NCBI RefSeq assembly: GCF_000008365.1
Contig: NC_006908.1
Location: forward strand, 270,001 to 302,000
Direction of reading: 5' to 3'
Length of the DNA stretch: 32,000 nucleotides
From: Mycoplasma mobile 163K
GTDB taxonomy: Bacteria > Bacillota_I > Bacilli_A > Mycoplasmatales > Metamycoplasmataceae
Part shown: positions 1 through 12,905 of the stretch, piece by piece
Numbering within the stretch: position 1 is the stretch's first letter
Layout of the letters: every line of letters begins with the position of its first letter
Translations under genes and position numbers: made by a program
Notes under the pieces: generated by a model
Databases searched by the model: none
What the model saw: only the letters and a program-made list of their open reading frames with translations
Told to the model about the DNA's origin: nothing

Positions 1-2147
1 CAGAGTCAGAAAATGCAAAAAAAGTTAATCCTTGACAAAATTTAAAAAGAAAATCTTATTCGAGTTCAAATCCAAAAAGTTTAAATCGTGCAATCTTAAA
101 AGCAAGACTTACAAATAGGAATTTTTGTGTAGCAATAAATCCTGATGGGTCCAAATTTTCTATTGCTATAAAACACAAAAAGAGATTTAAATATCTTAAA
201 TCTTCTGAATTAGCAGCAATATATCTTAAATATGTTTTAGAAGATAGAAAAATTAAAGATCTTAATTTTAAAAATTTAAATATTGTTAAATCTTTCGGGA
301 CAAGTTCTTTAATTAATAAAATAGCAAGAAAACATGATATTAATGTTATTGAAACATTCCATGATCTTAAAATAGATGAGAAAACAAAAGTTTTACTTGC
401 TTTAGATGAAGATTTTGGTTTTTATGATTATAAGAGCAATTCAAATTTTAAAGATGCTTTTTCAATAATTATAACTTTAGTGGAAGCTGCTAATTTTTAT
501 TTAAATACTCAATCAAAAGATTTTTTTGAAATTTTACAAGAGATAGAAAAAGAATATAATGTGCATAGAATTAGTTCTAAAAAAAGTATTATTTCTAATA
601 ATAAGGCAAAAAGATTTTTTACAAGACTCGAAAATGCAACATACTTAGGAAAGAAAAAGATTGTAAATAAATATAGTTATATAGAAAATATTTCAAATGG
701 TCAAAAACAGATACTTATTTTAAAATTAATTGATTTTAGTACAATAACTGTAGAATATAGTTCTGGTGATAAAATATTAAAATTATTTGTAGAAGTTATA
801 GGTAAAAAAGAAGAATTATTAATGGATGTTGTTATAAATGAAAGACAAATTTATAATGACATAAAAGAATTTAACGAAGTAGATGAGAGTAAAAAAATTG
901 GAAAAAAAGATATTTTTAGATACTCTATTTTTATTTCCATTTTTATTTTAATTTTTGTTTTTTTATTTCAAACAATTTATAGTTTGAATGGGAATCCTTC
1001 AGAAATTTTTAACCAAATTTCAAATATTTTATTACCGAATAAGGCTAATTTATACTTTTATGTTGCTCTTGTTTTATTTTCTGTTTTAGATATTAGTATT
1101 AGATCTTTTTCTCTTAAGAGAATGCTTCTTATTTTAGGACAAAAAGTAAAATTTAAGGATCTTTTTATAGGTGCTTATTTAGGAATTGCTCTTACAAATA
1201 TCACTCCTCTTCCAGGTGGTGGTGGAGATGTAATAACTTATTGATATTTAAGAAGAAGAGGAGTTGAAAGATCTTCTTTATATGCTTCAATTTTAATGGG
1301 ATCTATTCTTTATTCTTCTACTGTTGTTATAATGACTGTAATTTTTCTACCTATAGGAATAACTTTTTATGCAAAAGTTTTTGAAAATCCAGATCCTGCA
1401 ACTATAACTTTAATCATTTTTCTTTCAATAGGAACTTTATTTGATATTTTTAGTGCATCAATGATTACTTTAATTTCAGTAAATAAAAAATTACAAGAGT
1501 GAATAGTAAGAACTTCAATTAAATTTTTAGAATGAATTCCTTTTGTTACTATAAGCGATCCTGGTAGTGTTGCTAGTAAATTTCAATATGAATTTAGTGA
1601 AATTAGAAAAGGAATAAAAATGCTCACAAGAAAAAAGCGATATCTTTTTGAACAATTAGGATTTTATTTTATTCCTTGATTTATTTCTTCAGGCTCAACT
1701 TTAGGTGCAACAATTTTTCAAAATTCTGGAAGAATTATTCCGAATCTTCCTGCTGGTACATATTTTAATCTTTTAAGTGGGTCATCCTTATTAAGGGCTG
1801 CTAATTCAGTTTCTATAACACCAGGCGGGACAGGAACAATTGATTTATTTACAACAAGAATTTTTGAATTTATTTTTATCCCTACAAACAATTCTATTAG
1901 CAATTCAGCAGTTTTTTCACTTATGGATAGATTAATTAATTTAATTACTCCAACAATTCTTTCCTTTTTGTTAATAATAACAATTTATTTTGGTGAAAGA
2001 CGTGTTGATAAGTGGAATAAGAAAAATCATAATAATTTTTTAAAAGGTAAATTAGTAATAGCAAAAAGAACAAGATTTTATAAAATTGCAACTTTAATTT
2101 GAATTTTAGGCATTGTTTCTATTTTAATAATAATAGGATTTATTTAG
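1..2147 (+). CDS. Fusion protein (5' partial): degenerate phosphoglucomutase/phosphomannomutase-like domain joined to a polytopic UPF0104 / LPG-synthase-TM-like membrane domain
   Basis: The frame with codons at 3, 6, ... is open from the window edge to TAG 2145..2147 when about 7 TGA are read as Trp. This joins track ORFs 480..1244 and 1296..1502 in the same phase. The N-terminal part resembles PGM/PMM domains II-IV (CVAINPDGSK where DPDADR is expected, FGTSSLINKIA, LALDEDFGFYD where EESGG is expected). The C-terminal part is hydrophobic, with two P-GG-G motifs (TPLPGGGGDV, TPGGTGTIDLF). Confidence 0.6.
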
Positions 2148-2190
2148 TTTATTAATTATAATTAATGCAATATAAAAATTTAGGAGAAAT

Positions 2191-3078
2191 ATGAAAATAG
2201 GATCAATTGATATTGGTGGAACAAATGCAAGAATTGCAATTTTTGAAAATGATGTTATTATAAGGAAATTTAAATTTCCTACAGATATTAATAGCCCAGA
2301 AATTTCTTTAAAACCAATTATTGAAAAAATAAATGAAGAAAATTTAGAATATATTGCCCTTTGTGTTCCTGGGCCTACAGATTATAAAAATGGAATAGTT
2401 TTATACCCTCCAACAATGCCAGGATGATGAAACTTTAAACTAAAAGAATATTTAAATAAAAATACTAGAATTAAAGATTCTATTTTTGAAAATGATGCAA
2501 ATGCTATGGCCATGGCAGTTCATCGTGAATTTAATCAAACATTTAATGATGTTACACAATTTTTTACAATAAGCACAGGACTTGGAGCAGGGCTCGTTAT
2601 TAAAGATGAAGTTTTTATTGGTGTAAATCATGCTGCTCAAGAAATCAATTCTTTACCAGCATCTTTTATTAAAGAATCAGGCGGAAATAACTCAATGGGT
2701 GGTGTTGAATTATTCTCATCAGGATCAGGTTTAGAAAACCGTGCTAAAAGAAGAAATTACAATTGAAAAGCAAAAGAAATGTTTGAACTTTATGATAAAA
2801 ATGTTTTAGCAAAAAGATTAATCGATGAAGGAATTGAAACTCTTGCTAATTTAATTGCTATTTCTTTGGCGATGTTAAATCCGAGTCAAATTGTTTTTGG
2901 AGGAACTGTTGCATTAAAAAATAAATGATATGTTGAAGCTGCTATAAAACAAGCAAAAAGTAGAAGTTTAGCAATTCAGTATGATAATGTAAAATTTAGA
3001 TTTACTTCTTATGAAGATGATACTGCTTTATATGGTTTATATCACATTGTAAAAAACAAATTTACTATTAAAAATTAG
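2191..3078 (+). CDS. ROK-family sugar kinase (glucokinase-like)
   Basis: RBS TAGGAGAAAT precedes the ATG. N-terminal DIGGTNARIA ATP-binding motif is present, followed by NDANAMA and ISTGLGAGL. Track ORFs 2191..2427 and 2506..2766 plus the tail join across TGA codons and end at TAG 3076..3078. Confidence 0.8.
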
Positions 3079-3084
3079 TTTTTG

Positions 3085-3117
3085 AAACAAACTTACACAT
3101 TTATGGTTTGTTTTTTT
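3085..3117 (+). terminator. Rho-independent terminator candidate after the ROK kinase gene
   Basis: AAACAAAC (3085..3092) pairs with GTTTGTTT (3106..3113) around a 13-nt loop and is followed by a T-run. Confidence 0.5.
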
Positions 3118-3278
3118 ATTTAAATAAAAAAACAAAAATTCATTTTTATTCAATTATTGCTTAAGAATCTTCATTTTTATTAAGTGTTTAGTATTTAGTT
3201 ACTTTTTTTGTTCAATTTAACAATCTTTTTTGAATAATCACAGTATAATTATTATATAACAAAAAATAAGGAACAATC

Positions 3279-4745
3279 ATGTTTTCAAAATTAAAAAAAA
3301 TTGCTAATAAAATAGGAAAAAAAGGACTAGTAGCTTTAATAATTTTAGCAGCTGTAGATGTATTTGTTATTGCTGCTCCATATTATTTAAGAAATATTTT
3401 TCCAAATCTTAATGTTAGTATGCATGTTACAACTAATGATATAGCTATTTTTACAGCAATTATAGGTTGAGTAACATTAATCACTCAATTGCCTGGTGGT
3501 TGGTTAGCTGATAAAATTAGTAGTAAAAAATTAACAGCATTAGCCTCGCTTACAACAGGACTTTTGACTATTTGATGAGCTATTTTAATTTTAACAGGTA
3601 GACCTGAAATATCAGGGATAGAAAATCAAGTTGAGACAGTTATAAAAGCACAACAATCTATTTTATGACAATATTATATTATTTATGTAGGTTGAGGCAT
3701 TAGTTCAACATTAATTTTTTGAACTCCTCTTTGAAAACTTGTTTCACAACAAGCTAAAAAAGAAGATCAAGGCTTAGCTTATGGGATTCAAGGTGCTTCT
3801 AATGGAATTATTGGACTTTTCTTAGTATTTTTAGCAGGACTATTAGCAACTTTTTTAGGAACTTCAGTAGTTCAAGGAGGAATTGGTTTTGAACCTGCTT
3901 TTGCAATATTTGTTTTTTTAATTGCAGGATATTTAATTGCTTTAAGTGTAATGGTACTTTTTTGAGTTCCTGAATATACAACAAAGGAAAAATTTGCAAT
4001 TGATTTTAAAATATTTTTTGCAGTTATGAAAAATCCCCGGATTTGACTAAATTCATTTTTTGTAATGGGAATGTATATGTTTCAATCAGTTTTTGCTTTT
4101 TATTTGCTTCAATTTATAAGAACTTTAGGTGCAGATGCAGGAGTAACAAGTGCAATTCCTACATTAGCTATAATTCTTATTGTTATTGGAGGATTAAGAA
4201 CTTATGCTTTTAGATTCTTAGTATCAGCTCCAGTAGGTCATTATGCAGATAAAGCAAAATCATATATATATATACTAGTTATTGCTTTGGGTTTAGGATT
4301 TATTGTTACTGGTGTCTTTTTACTTGTACCTGGATTTGTTCCATTTAATGAATTGAGCTTAACATTAAGAATAGTTATCATTGCAATATTGATTGTTTTA
4401 TTTAGCATTGCAGGAATTCTATCATGAGTAATGGTTACTTTAAGGTATGCAACAATTGGAGAATTACCAATTCCTAAAAAATCTTATGCTTCAACAACAG
4501 CTTTAATTTCATTTGTAGCATTTAGTCCAGATGCTTGATTCTATACCATTGCTGGAGGAATAGGTTCTCGATTTGAAGTAGAAGGTAGATTAAATCAAGA
4601 AGGCCTAACTATCATTTTAGGATTTGCTATTGGTGTTGCTATTTTTGGATGGTTATGTGGTGTCATTTTATTTATTTGAAACAAAATTGAACTAAAAAAA
4701 CTAGGAAAAACAAATTACCGTTGAAGAGAACTTCAAAATACTTAG
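3279..4745 (+). CDS. MFS-type transporter; possibly a glycerophosphodiester or sugar-phosphate permease, judged from context only
   Basis: RBS AAGGAACAATC precedes the ATG. ORFs 3279..3470 and 4065..4427 are in the same phase and join across several TGA codons, ending at TAG 4743..4745. The 488-aa product has about 12 hydrophobic segments and an LPGGWLADK loop typical of the MFS TM2-3 motif. It ends 9 nt before glpQ. Confidence 0.75.
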
Positions 4746-4754
4746 GATGAAATA

Positions 4755-5465
4755 ATGAATGAAAAACTAATTTTAGCTCATAGAGGATTTTCTTCTATTA
4801 GCCCAGAAAATACAAAGTTAAGCTTTGATTTAGCATATCTTTTTGGATTTGATGGTGTTGAACTAGATGTTCATTTAACAAAAGATAAAAAACTTGTGAT
4901 TATCCATGATGAAAATACAATTAGAACATCTAAAATAAATTCTATAATCAGTAAATCTAATTTAATTGACTTAGAAAAACAAGATATGGGGGCTTTTTGA
5001 AAATTAAAATTACCCAATCAAAAAATTTTAACTTTAGAAGAGTTTTTACATCTTTATATAGACAAATTTAAAATAATTAATATTGAAATAAAAACAGATG
5101 TAGAACATTATGTTGATATTGAAAAAATTATTTATCAAGTTATTTTACCTTTTAAAGATAAATGAGATAAATTAGTATTTAGTTCTTTTAATTTTGAATC
5201 TTTAGAAATTTTGAATCAAATGGATAAAAATATTCAACTTGCTTTTCTTTGATGGACAAAAGGACAATTTAATAAAATAGATCCAGAAAAATTTAAATTT
5301 ATAAAGTATTTCAATCCATGAATAGAAATTTATTTTAAAGATATAGAAAAATATGATTCTTTTTCTAAAAAATATATGTTTTGAACAATAAAAAGTTCCA
5401 AATCTTTTAAAAAATTTCAAAAAATGGAAAAAGCTTTTTGCCTAATTTCTAATTACTTATATTAA
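4755..5465 (+). CDS. glpQ: Glycerophosphodiester phosphodiesterase
   Basis: GDPD signature LAHRGFSSISPENT...GVELDVHLTKDKKLVIIHD is present. The frame continues through TGA codons to TAA 5463..5465. Confidence 0.85.
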
Positions 5466-5513
5466 ATTAAAAGATAAATTTAATTTTTTATTTTAATATA
5501 TAATATTTTAATT

Positions 5514-7109
5514 ATGAATCAATCTAGTTTTAAAAAAACATCTAAAATAAAAGACAATAAATTTACAAATAAACAATATTTTTTCTATGCAATAAATCAT
5601 ATTATTGGTTTTGGTTTTATAGCAACAATTTCAGGGGTGTTAAATCTTGGAAGTTTTGGTATTTTGGTTTTTGCAATAGCAGCCTTTATTTCGTTTGTTG
5701 TAGCTTTAGTATTTTCAAGAGCAGCTCAAGCTTTCCCAGATACTGTAGGCGGATCTTATGCTTATGCAAAAAAAGCATTTGGAAGAAAAATGGCTTTTTT
5801 AAATGGTTGAAATCAATATATGCAAGGTCCTTTACTTTCTGCTTCAGCGCCATTATTTTTAGCAAATATTTTAATTTCTTTTGATCCAGATAATGTAATA
5901 ATTTATTCTTCTGTTTCTATTTTAATTTTTGTTTTGCTAAATATTATTGCAACATTAGGTATTAATTTTTCGAAAAAATTTCTTTTTTCTTTTGCTTCAA
6001 TTAAATGAGCAATTATTGCAATAGCTTTTTTTATAGTCATTGTGATTGCATTTATAAATAGAAGTTTTGCAGAAAATATCCAAACAACTAGAGCAGTGGG
6101 TGCTGCAGTAATTTTTGGAAGTGTAGTTTCATTTTTATTTGCTTTTGGTGGTTTTGGAGCAATTACAGCAATTTCTAAAGATACTAAAACTCAAAATTTT
6201 AGAAAATTATTAATGTTTGTTTTTTATATTGTTTTGATTTTTTACTTTCTTTTTTATATTTTCTTTTTAGGAATAAATACAAGCCCTTTAATCAACTCAG
6301 ATCCTTTTGCAAGAATTTATATCATTGCTTTTGGAACAACAGGATTAGTTTTATTTACAATAGGTTTATTTTTTAATCAATCTTCTGCAAGAATTAGTGC
6401 AACTATAGCAATAGGTAGAGGTTTATCACCTTTAGCAGCTGATGGCTTTTTTCCTCATTATTTAAGTAAAAAAAATTCTAAAAATGAATATAAAAATGCG
6501 ATTTATTTTTCAGCAACACTATCAATTATTTCAATGATTTTTTTAAATATTATTCCAAGGGTTCTTAATTTACAAGATTCTTTTAATAATATTCTTCAAA
6601 TTGGAACACTAGGTTTTTTACTTCAATATATTCTTACAACTTGAACAGTTTTAGTTTTAAAATATAAAAAACTTATTAATAAAATCCCTTTATGAGAGTT
6701 ATTGGTCTATTATTTAGGTTTAATAATAATGATTACTGTTTTCGTTGTTGTGTTAATTCCGCCAACAGTTGGAGCTCCTTGAACTTTAGCAGAAACAATA
6801 AAAACTCCAACTTTTATTTTTGCTTTATCTTTAGGTTTTGTTGTTTGATATTTTACAAGTCTTGATAAAAAAAGAGCAAAAAAATATCACTTAAAAGGAT
6901 TTAATTCTGCTTTAAATTATAATTTCCAGATTCCTAAATACAACACTTTTAAAATTTGAAATTTATTTCTAGTTATTTTAATGAATCTTTTACTACCAGT
7001 TTTAGGAACAATAATCTATTTATTTATAGTTTATGACAAAAAAAGAATGCATAATTTTTATTTACAAGGAATTGAAAATAAATCTCTAGATTTTTATTCA
7101 GAATCATAA
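5514..7109 (+). CDS. APC-superfamily amino acid permease
   Basis: ORFs 5514..5810, 5820..6008 and 6042..6644 and the tail share one phase. I checked codon by codon from 6645 to TAA 7107..7109. The 531-aa product is polytopic and carries an AFPDTVGGSYAYAKKAFG motif. Confidence 0.8.
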
Positions 7110-7117
7110 ATTAAAAA

Positions 7118-7137
7118 CTAGATGAAATTTCATCTAG
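7118..7137. terminator. Bidirectional rho-independent terminator between the permease (+) and the atp operon (-)
   Basis: Perfect 20-nt palindrome CTAGATGAAATTTCATCTAG, flanked by an A-run upstream and a T-run downstream, so it can terminate on both strands. Confidence 0.7.
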
Positions 7138-7151
7138 TTTTTAAAAAATAA

Positions 7152-7369
7152 TTAAATACTAATACTTAAGTTGGCGAATCCTGCTAAAAATTGATTAAGT
7201 AAAAAACCAAATAGTAATCCAATTAAAACAGAAAAAAAATAATAAATTCAAATTCAATTTCTTTTGCCATTCATCAATTTTTCTCATGCTAAGTCTTTTA
7301 AAACAAATAAGCTTATAAAAATAGAAATAAGATAAATTGTGATTGTTAAAATTATTTGAACAATACTCA

Positions 7370-7370
<1 letters not shown>
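7152..7370 (-). CDS. Small (72 aa) two-helix membrane protein translationally coupled to atpC; unannotated
   Basis: Its ATG overlaps the atpC stop (TAATG at 7372..7368). It is open for 72 codons with 3 in-frame TGA and ends at TAA 7152..7154, just before the terminator. Product: MSIVQIILTITIYLISIFISLFVLKDLAWEKLMNGKRNWIWIYYFFSVLIGLLFGFLLNQFLAGFANLSISI. Confidence 0.55.
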
Positions 7371-9194
<1,824 letters not shown>

Positions 9195-9209
9195 AATTTA
9201 TACTCCTTA

Positions 9210-10070
9210 TTAAATTTCAGTTTCAGAACCTGCAACAATTTCTGTAATTTCTTGTGTAATTTTACTTTGTCTAATTGTGTTTAGTTCAATTTTCAATTGA
9301 TCCCCAAGTTCATCAGCATTTTTTGTTGCATTTTCCATAGCAATTCTTCTACTTGAAACTTCACTAACATGACTCTCAAGCACACAACTATATAATAAAG
9401 AACTAAAATACAATGGAATAGCTTTTTGAAAAATTGTAATTGGATCTGGTTCAAATTCCAAATTAGAAAAAGTTGCTTCATTTATGTTTTTTTCGCTTTT
9501 TAAAATAGGAAGAGCATGTTTTATTGTGGGTAAATATGTGAATGCATTCACATATTTTGTATATACAATTTTTATGCTTTTGTAATCTCCACTTTTAAAC
9601 ATTGAAAGAATTTTTTCAGAAATTTTTTTAATGTTTTTATAGTTTGTTGAAATCTCTTTTACTTTATCTAAATTAGTGATTTGAGTTTTGAATTTTCCAA
9701 GAAAAAGAAGTCCCTTTTTACCAATTAAAAATAATTTATCTTTTGATTTGATTTCTTTTTTAATTTCTTTTGCAATACTAGAATTATATGCTCCACAAAG
9801 ACCTAAATCACTATTAATTACTATATATAAAATAGAATTTGTATTATTTTCCTTGTCAAATTTCATTTGTTTTTTTAAAAATATTTGTTCTGTTTTACTA
9901 GCAAGATTATCAAAAATATCTTGAATAATTTGAAAATATTCTTTATTAGAAAAGAAACTTTCTTTAGCTCTTCTTATTTTGCTTGCAGCAACTAATTCCA
10001 TAGCTTTTGTAATTTTTCTTGTCACTTTAACAGATTTTAATCTTGAAGAAAGTTTTTGTAATTCAGCCAT
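9210..10070 (-). CDS. atpG: F1 ATP synthase gamma subunit
   Basis: N-terminal IKSVKVTRKITKAMELVAASKIRRA and C-terminal ITQEITEIVAG are gamma signatures. Confidence 0.93.
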   Translation of the reverse strand: MAELQKLSSRLKSVKVTRKITKAMELVAASKIRRAKESFFSNKEYFQIIQDIFDNLASKTEQIFLKKQMKFDKENNTNSILYIVINSDLGLCGAYNSSIAKEIKKEIKSKDKLFLIGKKGLLFLGKFKTQITNLDKVKEISTNYKNIKKISEKILSMFKSGDYKSIKIVYTKYVNAFTYLPTIKHALPILKSEKNINEATFSNLEFEPDPITIFQKAIPLYFSSLLYSCVLESHVSEVSSRRIAMENATKNADELGDQLKIELNTIRQSKITQEITEIVAGSETEI

Positions 10071-10072
10071 TA

Positions 10073-10195
10073 TTATTTATCGCTTTTCACTTTGCTATCT
10101 TTTTCTAAAAGTTCTAAGGTTTTTTGCATTTTTTCTATTTTTTTCTTTTCTTTTCTTATTTGCATTTTCATTTTTATTTCTTCAAAAAAACTCAT
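10073..10195 (-). CDS. Small (40 aa) highly charged ORF between atpA and atpG; unannotated
   Basis: Strong RBS AAAAAGGAGATATC precedes the ATG at 10195. The ORF reads MSFFEEIKMKMQIRKEKKKIEKMQKTLELLEKDSKVKSDK and its TAA (10073..10075) lies 2 nt before the atpG ATG. It is below the length cut-off of the ORF track. Confidence 0.45.
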   Translation of the reverse strand: MSFFEEIKMKMQIRKEKKKIEKMQKTLELLEKDSKVKSDK

Positions 10196-10236
10196 GATAT
10201 CTCCTTTTTTAATTTCTAATATTAAGAAATTTATTT

Positions 10237-11808
10237 CTATTTTTTATTAATAAACTGAACATCATTATTCTGTCCATTATCTATAATTATGTCATTTTCT
10301 AAAATAAATTTTTTAACAAAAGATTTTATTGAATAAATTAATTTTTCTTTGATATCATTATTTATTTTTTCTTTTTCAATTATTGGCCTTAATGCTATTA
10401 TTTCAGAATTATTTTTAATAAATTTAATCAATTCTGAACGATATTTTCTAATTTTTTCAACTGGAATTTGAGATATTAATTTTTCCTTAATAGCAAGTAA
10501 AATAATTGCTTGGTAAAATTGAGAAATTGGTGAATACTGAGATTGTTTTAAAATTTCATATATTTTTTGACCATGTTTCAAAATATTTGTTGTAGTTTCA
10601 TCTAAATCACTTCCAAATTGTGCAAATGCTTTCACTTCATTATATTGAGCTAATTCTAATTTTAATGAAGAAGCAAAACTCTTAATAGCAGGAATTTGTG
10701 CAGCACTACCAACACGACTAACACTAAAACCAATATCAATTGCAGGTCTTTGGCCACTTTTAAAAAGAGACTCAATTGTGAAAATTTGACCATCAGTGAT
10801 TGAGATAATATTTGTTGGGATATATGCTGAAATATCTCCACTTTGTGTTTCGACAATTGGTAAGGCTGTAATTGATCCACCTCCAAATTCTTTTGTTACT
10901 CTTGCAGCTCTTTCTAAAAGCTGTGAGTGTAAATAAAATACATCTCCTGGAAATGCTTCTCGACCAGGAGGTCTTCTTAACAGTAATGATAAGGTACGAT
11001 AAGCAATAGCATGTTTTGATAAATCATCATAAACTATTAAAACATCTTTTCCGTTTGCCATTCATTCCTCAGCAATTGTAACTCCTGTATAAGGAGCAAT
11101 ATATTGTAGTGGAGCCAATTCGCTAGCGCTAGAATTGATAACTGTAGTGTATTTCATTGCATCATGATCTTTTAATTTTTGAACTATTTGTGCAATCGAA
11201 GAATTTTTTTGTCCTATTGCTACATAAATACATAAAACATCTTTATCTTTTTGATTAATAATTGTATCCATAGCAATTGCAGTTTTACCTGTTTGTCGAT
11301 CACCTATAATTAATTCTCTTTGACCTCTACCGATCGGGATCATACTATCAATTGTAATAATACCAGTATCTAAAGGAACATTTACTTCTTTTCTTGTCAT
11401 AACCCCAGGAGCTATTTGGAAAATTTTTCTAGTTTTTGTTGAAGTAATTTGCCCTAAACCATCAATTGGTTCTCCAAGTCCATTTAATACTCTTCCAATT
11501 AGTTGATCTCCCACTTTTACCGAAATAACTTTACCTGTTCTCCTTACTTTTTGGCCTTCAATTAAATCATTTGAACCATCCATAATCGCAACACCAACCG
11601 CATATTCTTCTAGATTTAAAACAAGTCCATAATTTTCATTTTCAAAAACTACCAACTCTCCTAGACGGGCATTTTCTAAACCACTAACATAAGCAATTCC
11701 ATCTCCAACAGTAAGAATTTCACCAATTTCTTTTTTATCTGATGTGACATTAAAATCTTTAATTTGTTGTTTAATTATTGAAGAAATATCACTTGCTTTT
11801 ATAGACAT
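10237..11808 (-). CDS. atpA: F1 ATP synthase alpha subunit
   Basis: ORFs 10237..11061 and 11062..11808 are contiguous across one TGA (…[24 protein letters not shown]). Walker A GDRQTGKT is present. Confidence 0.97.
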
Positions 11809-11809
11809 A

Positions 11810-12352
11810 TTATTGCTCCTTTTCTAGAATTGATTTTTGCAACTCTTTTATATTATTTTTAATAGAATTTTCATGAATAGTATTTTCAATTTCAATTCTT
11901 ATACCTTTAATTAACGTTGTATCTATTAAATTTAACATTTCAACTTTTTTACTTAGTTTATCTGAATAAAATTTTTCTAAATTTGAAATAATTTTTTCAT
12001 CTAATTTTTTAGAAGAATAAATTTTTCCATAACTAATATTTAATTTTTTAGAAGCTATATCTAAAAAAATTTTCAATATTGATTTAATGTAAATAAATAA
12101 ATTATTTGTAATTATTAGTTTTAAAAAGTTATTAATATTTACCGTAAAATGATTAGTAAAAATATTTTCTAAAATTTTTAATTTTTTTTCAAGCTGAATT
12201 TCTTTGGAACTTAACAATTTAACCAAATCTTCGTTTTCATTAATTATTTCATTTAATTTTTTAACTTCTTGAAAATATTGTTCCAATTTCAATTCTTCAT
12301 TTGCAATTTCAAATAAAGCTAAAGCATAACCTTTATTATTTTGTGATATCAT
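11810..12352 (-). CDS. atpH: F1 ATP synthase delta (OSCP) subunit
   Basis: The call rests on its position between atpF and atpA, its size of 180 aa, and its N-terminal YALALFEIA motif. Confidence 0.8.
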
Positions 12353-12890
12353 TTTTTAACAAATTTTCTAAAAATTTAGAATCCTCTAATTTTACATCTG
12401 ATTCAGATAGAATTTTTTTAGTCATTTCCCCAGCAATTTCAACAATTTCTTTTTTAGATTCTTTTGCAAATAATACTTTTTGTTGCCTAATATAAATTTT
12501 TGTTTCCTCTAAAAGTTGTTTTGATTTATCTTTTGCGTCTTTAATTGAATTATTTTTTATTTCTTCTGCAAGTATTTGAGCATCTTTGATTATTGTGTTC
12601 GCCTTAATTTTTGCATCTAAAATTTCAATATTCGATTTTTCTAATAATTCATTTGATTTTTCAACTTGTTTAGTAGATTCATCAATATTATTTTGAATAA
12701 AATCTCTTCGATTTTTCATCATTTTCTTAACAGGTTTATAAATTAATTTTGTAAGAACAACTAAAAGAATTGTAAAAGAAACTAAAGTCGCTAGCATGAT
12801 CGGTCATGAAGGAAAAATACCAGCAAATCTTTCTGATATGCTTTGTCCAATATTTTGAGTATTTGAACTAAAAATTCCTAATTCTAACAT
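12336..12890 (-). CDS. atpF: Fo ATP synthase subunit b
   Basis: The track ORF 12336..12797 extends upstream through one TGA to ATG 12890 (MLELGIFSSNTQNIGQSISERFAGIFPSW-PIMLATLV...). It has one N-terminal TM helix followed by a long charged helix. Confidence 0.8.
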
Positions 12891-12905
12891 TAATAAATCC
12901 TATTT

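Noticed and set aside
5464-5489. AAATTAAA / TTTAATTT hairpin plus T-run after glpQ, considered as a terminator.
   Set aside because: The stem is made entirely of A-T pairs and is very weak energetically. Such pairings occur by chance in this composition, so I did not list it as a feature.
9688-10197. Plus-strand ORFs 9688..9924 and 9979..10197, opposite atpG and the atpA-atpG spacer.
   Set aside because: They are antisense shadows of well-supported minus-strand genes. Their composition is F/L/S-rich low complexity, and they have no start context.
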